From positions 3,840,001 through 3,904,000 of the forward strand of contig OY820579.1 of the NCBI GenBank assembly GCA_963681965.1: 64,000 nucleotides of DNA, in the 5' to 3' direction. The position numbers were made by a program, and so were the translations under genes. Origin of the DNA: a bacterium. Its GTDB lineage: Bacteria; Electryoneota; JAOADG01. Below the pieces are notes generated by a model. It made no database searches. It was not told where the DNA came from and was given only the letters and a program-made list of their open reading frames with translations. The number at the start of each line of letters is the position of its first letter. Position 1 is the stretch's first letter. Positions 58,739 to 64,000 of the stretch are shown here, piece by piece.

Positions 58739-60431
58739 TTAATAGTACCGTAGTATTTTCTTGTCCGTATTCAATTCGTTTCTCGAATTGCAGGAACAAT
58801 TTGATCTCGCGCAACTGGTAATCAAGATCCGATTCGTAGCGATCGTTCGTACTGGTATATCGCCGATTGTAGATATGCGACGTCACGATCGACCAAGTTA
58901 AGTTGCGAAAGATCCGATATTTCATCGTGTTGGTCCAATTCACTGTTTCGTTGAACTGTGGATCGAACCGTGTTTCGGTAATGAGCGCCGATTCCAATCG
59001 CAAACTGCTGTATGGAAAATAGCTTAAAGTGGTACGATCTTCGATATACCGAAGCTTAGCCGTACCCTCGGCGTCCATCAAAACAATCTGATTCTGCAAC
59101 AGCGTCGGTTCCCAGAACCGATAATTAATCTGATTGGTCAGGCTGTTGACGATCTGATAATAATTGGTTGAATCGAGCCGGTTATAAAGCCCATCGGCGG
59201 AATAGCGATTCGTCCAATTCAATCGGTCGGTAAAGACATGTTTCTTTTCGAATGTCCGGTTGCCACGCAAAGTAAAGCGATCTCGCGACGCGATCGTGGC
59301 ACTATTCACTTCAATGAAAATATTGCCCGAATTGCGCCAGGTATTTACCGAATCGTAGGTCAACTTCATGTATTCCAGACCATTCGACAAATATTTCGTC
59401 GACTCGACGTTCAGCATTGCAGTGGAACGGAGATTCTGACGAAACAGCGTGGTTCGAACGACATAATAATAATATTGATTCAATTCGCGCTTGTAATCGG
59501 CTTCTACTGAATTCGACGAAGTATTGGCGTTATACCCTTCGTACGAGTTGTAGCCGTACAATACCGACAACCGGTCGGCACGGCGGAAATTCCGGATCAA
59601 ACGCAAACTGAAACGACCGGTGCGAAATTCGTCGCGATTATTATAATCGATGTCGGCATCGATCGACGTTGTCCGATCGAACAGCGACGAGCGCCCGTTC
59701 AAAGTAAATTGTTGCGTTCGGGCAATGCCGCCTTCGAATACCCGCTTCCGCTGTTCGTCGCGAAAATATGCCGAGACGTTGGCATTTTCACTGTTCCGCG
59801 AGAACTGCACGGTACTGATATGGGTACCATTCGTACCGTAGCGGTTGTTTTCCGCCGAATTGTATTGATATCCCAGCTGAATTCGCGGCAGTCGGGGAAG
59901 CATCACATACAGATTCGATCCGATCAGATTGTCGTACGATTTATCGGTATACTGCTTGTACACAAATTCGGTCATGGTCCGCTTCGCATTGACGCTGAAC
60001 CAGATATTCCGATATTGAAAGAACCTTGCATTCATATCGAACAGGTCGTAAGACCGTTCGATCGAATTCGTTTTGGAAATGGTCTTGTTCGACTGCCGGT
60101 ACTGCGAGCCGATGTAGTAAGTCATGAATCCCGACGAAAGGTAGTAACCTTTGATCCCGAATTTATAATTCTGGATGTATTCGCTTCCATCGTAATTCGA
60201 GACGCCACTTCCGAGATTTCCCAGCGTCCAATAGCGATATCCGTTTTCGGCATACCCTTGGAACACCGCTTTTGACTGTGCATAAGAGGTTGCTTGACCG
60301 AAACCGATAAGCATAAAAAAGAAAATGATGCCACGAAATACATCGTGGCACCATGACTTAACTCTTCCTCTTGTCGTCAAAGCGATCTGTCCTGTCTGGC
60401 TGTTCGAGTGTAATGCCACCACCCGGTACAC
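58713..60431 (-). CDS. Predicted outer-membrane beta-barrel (porin-like); start uncertain
   Basis: Signal-like segment ending SYA-Q; Tyr/Asn/Ser/Arg-rich alternating strands throughout; ends VLLNASRTFGN. Confidence 0.65.
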   Translation of the reverse strand: MYRVVALHSNSQTGQIALTTRGRVKSWCHDVFRGIIFFFMLIGFGQATSYAQSKAVFQGYAENGYRYWTLGNLGSGVSNYDGSEYIQNYKFGIKGYYLSSGFMTYYIGSQYRQSNKTISKTNSIERSYDLFDMNARFFQYRNIWFSVNAKRTMTEFVYKQYTDKSYDNLIGSNLYVMLPRLPRIQLGYQYNSAENNRYGTNGTHISTVQFSRNSENANVSAYFRDEQRKRVFEGGIARTQQFTLNGRSSLFDRTTSIDADIDYNNRDEFRTGRFSLRLIRNFRRADRLSVLYGYNSYEGYNANTSSNSVEADYKRELNQYYYYVVRTTLFRQNLRSTAMLNVESTKYLSNGLEYMKLTYDSVNTWRNSGNIFIEVNSATIASRDRFTLRGNRTFEKKHVFTDRLNWTNRYSADGLYNRLDSTNYYQIVNSLTNQINYRFWEPTLLQNQIVLMDAEGTAKLRYIEDRTTLSYFPYSSLRLESALITETRFDPQFNETVNWTNTMKYRIFRNLTWSIVTSHIYNRRYTSTNDRYESDLDYQLREIKLFLQFEKRIEYGQENTTVLLNASRTFGN

Positions 60432-60514
60432 TACCTTTTCCCCTCTAATCGCGTTTAAGATACAACCGGGATTAGGTCAAAGGATACCCTTGGACACAAG
60501 ATGCCACAAATAAT

Positions 60515-61249
60515 TTATTTAATGTGGCAAGTCAGACACAAAGCACTGCCGGAATTGCTCATTACCAAGAAGGGAGCAATCGCATTGCTGTGAACGTCGT
60601 GACAAGAGCTGCATTCGAGCTGATCGTGGCTTGCGCCGTACAGCTTGACCGCGCTACCGGCTGCCGGCAAACGCAATCCGCCGTCCGCCAACACCAACGC
60701 GTTGTCGAATCCAAACGAAATCGGGTGATCGTTGGCGAGGTTATTCACGCCAGCGCCACTGCCACCGGGATAATTTTCACCGATATTGGCACCCAGACCG
60801 CGATGATCGGGCATAAACGGCGAACCGGGATAATACACCTGTCCGAGTTGATCGAAGCCACCGACCATCTGAATCGACGGACCGTAATTGTACAGCATCG
60901 AATTCAATGCGGTAACGCCGTCATGGCAGGAAAGGCAGAGCTTGGATTCGCCCTGGGGCTGGTGAGTTGCCGCATCGGCAAACGTTCCTTGGAACGTCGA
61001 GCTGGAATATGCGGTAAAGGTTTGGCTCGATGCATTGCGGTTCCACAGCGGTTTCTGCGAAGCAGAGGCGGCGTGCGGCGTGTGGCAATAGATACAAACC
61101 TGATTACTTGGGTCGTTCCCCGTCCAGTTTCCACCACCCGTAACCGATAGATCGTGCTTGGTTCCAACGATTTGTGCCGAGGCGAAATTCGCCAGCATAA
61201 GGGTGCCGAGGAATACGATGCAAAGGAATGCGAAAGTTTTCGATTTCAT
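60515..61249 (-). CDS. OmcE-like tetraheme cytochrome c (244 aa)
   Basis: Signal peptide; GTKHDLS, QVCIYCHTPH, PLWNR, YSS, LCLSCHDG, NDHPISF, LECSSCHDVH, PFL...GS.LCLTCHIK. Confidence 0.85.
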   Translation of the reverse strand: MKSKTFAFLCIVFLGTLMLANFASAQIVGTKHDLSVTGGGNWTGNDPSNQVCIYCHTPHAASASQKPLWNRNASSQTFTAYSSSTFQGTFADAATHQPQGESKLCLSCHDGVTALNSMLYNYGPSIQMVGGFDQLGQVYYPGSPFMPDHRGLGANIGENYPGGSGAGVNNLANDHPISFGFDNALVLADGGLRLPAAGSAVKLYGASHDQLECSSCHDVHSNAIAPFLVMSNSGSALCLTCHIK

Positions 61250-61337
61250 GACTCTTTCCTGACAATCAAAAATTATTCGATGACGAACTAGTAACTGGTC
61301 ATGGTCAGACTTCGACCGCAACCGGTTCCAACTTGTA

Positions 61338-61985
61338 TTACTTAATATGGCAGGTCAAACAGAGTTGCGAACCTGCTTTTGTTTCATTCAAAAAGGGACG
61401 CATGTTTTCGGTAGCGCCGTACTTGTGTACATCGTGGCAGCTACTGCACTGCAGCATATTGCCGGATTCGAGCGCCCAACTCGGGAGCGATCCGACGGCA
61501 TGAAGACCGTTGTCGGCAGCGGCTGCGGTAGCGTAGTTAATGGAAATCGGGTGATCGTTGGTCAGACCCGCGGCATCGTTCAAATTCGCCGTTCCGGTGA
61601 GGACATCGCCACCGGTCATGGTGGGGGTACCGCTTCGGGAATAAATCAAGGAATTCATTGCGGTGACGCCATCATGGCAGGAGAGGCACATCAGCGATGA
61701 GCCGGTCACGTTGGGAATAACGCCGTTGGGATCGAACGCGTTGATCGTCGGACTGGAATAGACTTGGAACGTCGTGAGCGGCGTACTGCGGTTCCACAAC
61801 GGTTTCACAGTCGCCGACGCGGCGTGCGGGGTATGACAGAAAATACAGACTTGGGTCTGATTCGAATAGTGTGTGTTGGTTCCGGACGTTGCCGACGATA
61901 GATCGTGGGGTGTCCCACTGATCTGGGCAAACGACACCGAGGCAATCAGTAACAATGCGAATAACAATAAGGTAGCAAATTTCAC
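61338..61985 (-). CDS. OmcE-like tetraheme cytochrome c (215 aa, GTG start)
   Basis: GGAGG RBS 6 nt before GTG 61985; GTPHDLS, QVCIFCHTPH, PLWNR, MCLSCHDG, NDHPIS, LQCSSCHDVH, GSQLCLTCHIK. Confidence 0.85.
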   Translation of the reverse strand: MKFATLLLFALLLIASVSFAQISGTPHDLSSATSGTNTHYSNQTQVCIFCHTPHAASATVKPLWNRSTPLTTFQVYSSPTINAFDPNGVIPNVTGSSLMCLSCHDGVTAMNSLIYSRSGTPTMTGGDVLTGTANLNDAAGLTNDHPISINYATAAAADNGLHAVGSLPSWALESGNMLQCSSCHDVHKYGATENMRPFLNETKAGSQLCLTCHIK

Positions 61986-62109
61986 GGTCAACCTCCCGGT
62001 ACAAGCGCACTTCTATTATGGAACCCGCAGCCCGCTCGATATTCAATGGTAATTTCTTACAATTCGACAAGCTACGTAGAAATAACATGGTTATTCAGTG
62101 AATGAATTA

Positions 62110-62124
62110 GCAAGAAGTGTGCCG
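62110..62124 (-). promoter_or_regulatory. sigma54 (-24/-12) promoter of the cytochrome operon
   Basis: Minus strand CGGCACACTTCTTGC(T), GG-N10-GC. Confidence 0.85.
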
Positions 62125-62275
62125 TATCGTCTAAGAGTGTGGCTCAAACCCGGCACTTTCCGAGTAGCAGTATATATCATTATACATATCAATAAGATAA
62201 ACAATAATAGTCAATCAATTCGAGCGATCTGCTCTACGAGTAAAGTACCGAAAATTAAAATCGGAGGAATCGGAC

Positions 62276-62313
62276 TGCGTAATTTGACACAGTGAAGCGA
62301 GTGAATTAGCTCA
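62276..62313. promoter_or_regulatory. Paired enhancer (UAS) candidates
   Basis: TGCGTAATTTGACACA and CGAGTGAATTAGCTCA, starts 22 bp apart. Confidence 0.7.
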
Positions 62314-62515
62314 TTCCGGGGAATCGAACCGGAGTGGTGGGAAGACATAAACCACTCGGTGAGTCTTCTTTAAAATCGCTATTGGGACACGAAAATCGAT
62401 TGATCTGCGGGATTGTTCGATAGTAGATTGGTTAAGACCGGATCTCGAACAGGTTCCGGTTGTGCTTTGAATGATGAATGATGGTTAGGTTGCAAATCAC
62501 TACTGCAGCGAGACG

Positions 62516-63997
62516 ATGATGCTTGATACGATCCCGACGACACCACTCGAATTCCAATTTCCTCGGCTAGCCTTGCGGCTGTTGGCGTTGCGTAATTGTA
62601 TGCGCTGCCTGATCGCGCTCATCCTGATCTTTCCGGGAATTTTGCTCAATCCCCTCAACATTGCCCACGCCGAATGGATTCGACTCGATAGTCTGGGTGC
62701 AATGGGGGATGGGTATGTTGCAACCTGTAATGGTAATGGATTCGCGGCATTCCCTGAAAGTCGCCGTATTGGATTGAACCGTACCGATGGTTGGGTATCT
62801 CTTTACAATTTACAAACCGGACATAGGATATGGACGCAACGAATATTCATACCCATGCCTTCCGATTCGATGGAAGCAGGCGGACCAGAAAAATTGGTTT
62901 CAGTTCTGTTACCAGATACATCGACTCTAGTATTAGTTACCAATAACGCCACGACCAACATTTATTCGAAAATATTTGCTCCCGATGGATCTGTGCGCCG
63001 CGATTGGGACTCGATCGGTGGTGACGAGAATATTTTTAATTTATATTCTCCGGTCTGTGACGATAGCGGACATACGTTTATTGTCTATGGTAGTCGATGC
63101 TTCCGTTTCTCAGTAAATGGCACGATCGATTGGACGGCTAGAATGCCCAATATGGTTATTTTTAATTCTTTTGTGCCTGACCAGTCGGGGGGAGCTTTTG
63201 TTTGGCATATCGACTACACTTCAACACAATATAATCACTACGTCTGTCATGTATTGAACGATGGCAGCGTCATCGGTCCTACTCTGGTTTATGTTACTCC
63301 TCATACGAATAACGGTTATGGCGCGGCTGGGATTACTTATGCCGCAAATACTCGCAGGTTGTTTCTTTATGAAAATTGGGGCTTTGGGGCGCTTAACGCA
63401 GTTGAGGTTGACCCGGATTCGTTAAGGTATATCACCACTTCACAGGTCTATTTTTGTGATGCTGAAGGGGGAGGATCGGATTTTCGTGCAGGAATGGATA
63501 CGACCTGGATTTTATTATCCTATTACCTACCTGACTCTACCGGACAACAACAATGGGTAAATACCCATCTTTACTACTATGCTACTGACGACTCTCTCCG
63601 CACAGCATGGATTTTCCCCGACCGCAATCAGAGCAGGCTTCAGATTCTGACCCAGGGAAACGATATGATTTGCCGGTTCGGGCGTACCGCCTATTACCGT
63701 CGCACCAGTAATTCCAGTATTGCAGCGCGCGATGCTGTCATCACCAAATATTCGCTGGTCTGCTATCCCAATCCGACGAATGGCTCGCTGCTGCTGCGCG
63801 GATTTCCGACAGGGAGTGGTCAAATCCAGCTCTACAATTTATTGGGACAAGCGCTCTATCCGACGATGGCGGTCACCGGATCGAATGCGATCTCCTATCA
63901 ACTTCCTCCGGTGTTGCCGAGTGGTAGTTATTTCATGGTCTATTCGTCATCGAATGGACGAACCAGACTCACTTGCCCCATCACAGTGACGAAATGA
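62516..63997 (+). CDS. Secreted protein with T9SS-like C-terminal sorting domain (true start perhaps 62600)
   Basis: Signal-like MRCLIALILIF...AHA; C-terminal CYPNPTNG...LYNLLGQ...LPSGSYF. Confidence 0.75.
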   Translation: MMLDTIPTTPLEFQFPRLALRLLALRNCMRCLIALILIFPGILLNPLNIAHAEWIRLDSLGAMGDGYVATCNGNGFAAFPESRRIGLNRTDGWVSLYNLQTGHRIWTQRIFIPMPSDSMEAGGPEKLVSVLLPDTSTLVLVTNNATTNIYSKIFAPDGSVRRDWDSIGGDENIFNLYSPVCDDSGHTFIVYGSRCFRFSVNGTIDWTARMPNMVIFNSFVPDQSGGAFVWHIDYTSTQYNHYVCHVLNDGSVIGPTLVYVTPHTNNGYGAAGITYAANTRRLFLYENWGFGALNAVEVDPDSLRYITTSQVYFCDAEGGGSDFRAGMDTTWILLSYYLPDSTGQQQWVNTHLYYYATDDSLRTAWIFPDRNQSRLQILTQGNDMICRFGRTAYYRRTSNSSIAARDAVITKYSLVCYPNPTNGSLLLRGFPTGSGQIQLYNLLGQALYPTMAVTGSNAISYQLPPVLPSGSYFMVYSSSNGRTRLTCPITVTK

Positions 63998-64000
63998 GGC

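Noticed and set aside
54585-60431. Assignment as canonical MtrAB/DmsEF
   Set aside because: Heme counts (12 and 8), motif spacing and the ~570-aa barrel do not fit decaheme MtrA with a larger MtrB; no gene symbols assigned.
1-64000. Transposase, RAYT, integrase, tRNA or rRNA genes
   Set aside because: No HUH/Y1, DDE or tyrosine-recombinase motifs in the ORF track, and no cloverleaf or rRNA signature recognised by eye.

Overview
Bacterial chromosome segment of about 50% GC, most likely from the FCB superphylum (inferred from three proteins with YPNP-type T9SS-like C-terminal sorting domains, TonB receptor, DUF5916 and permease-prefix proteins). The main feature is a ~21 kb extracellular electron transfer-type locus (40.5-62.3 kb). 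It holds two tandem tetraheme cytochromes that resemble the Geobacter nanowire protein OmcE, an outer-membrane beta-barrel, three NHL beta-propellers (one with a T9SS-like tail), 12-, 8- and 10-heme cytochromes, an OmpA-domain protein and a divergent ResB/CcsB-like protein. It also holds a heme-c sensor kinase with an NtrC-type activator, and two sigma-54 promoters whose enhancer and IHF-like sites are in matching helical phase. A second notable element is a small GIY-YIG nuclease with its own promoter, enclosed by inverted arms of a palindromic repeat family inside a repeat-rich duplicated block (31.6-35.4 kb). Most long intergenic regions are mosaics of at least a dozen GTAG-type REP hairpin families (~9 kb in total). 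Other content: an operon of four internally duplicated membrane-protein paralogs plus a wHTH regulator, PadR/two-component genes, paired WD40 lipoproteins, a 1534-aa modular secreted protein, an aldehyde dehydrogenase and a PadR-TonB receptor pair. No rRNA, tRNA, CRISPR array or transposase was recognised. All family assignments come from motif recognition by eye, not database searches.
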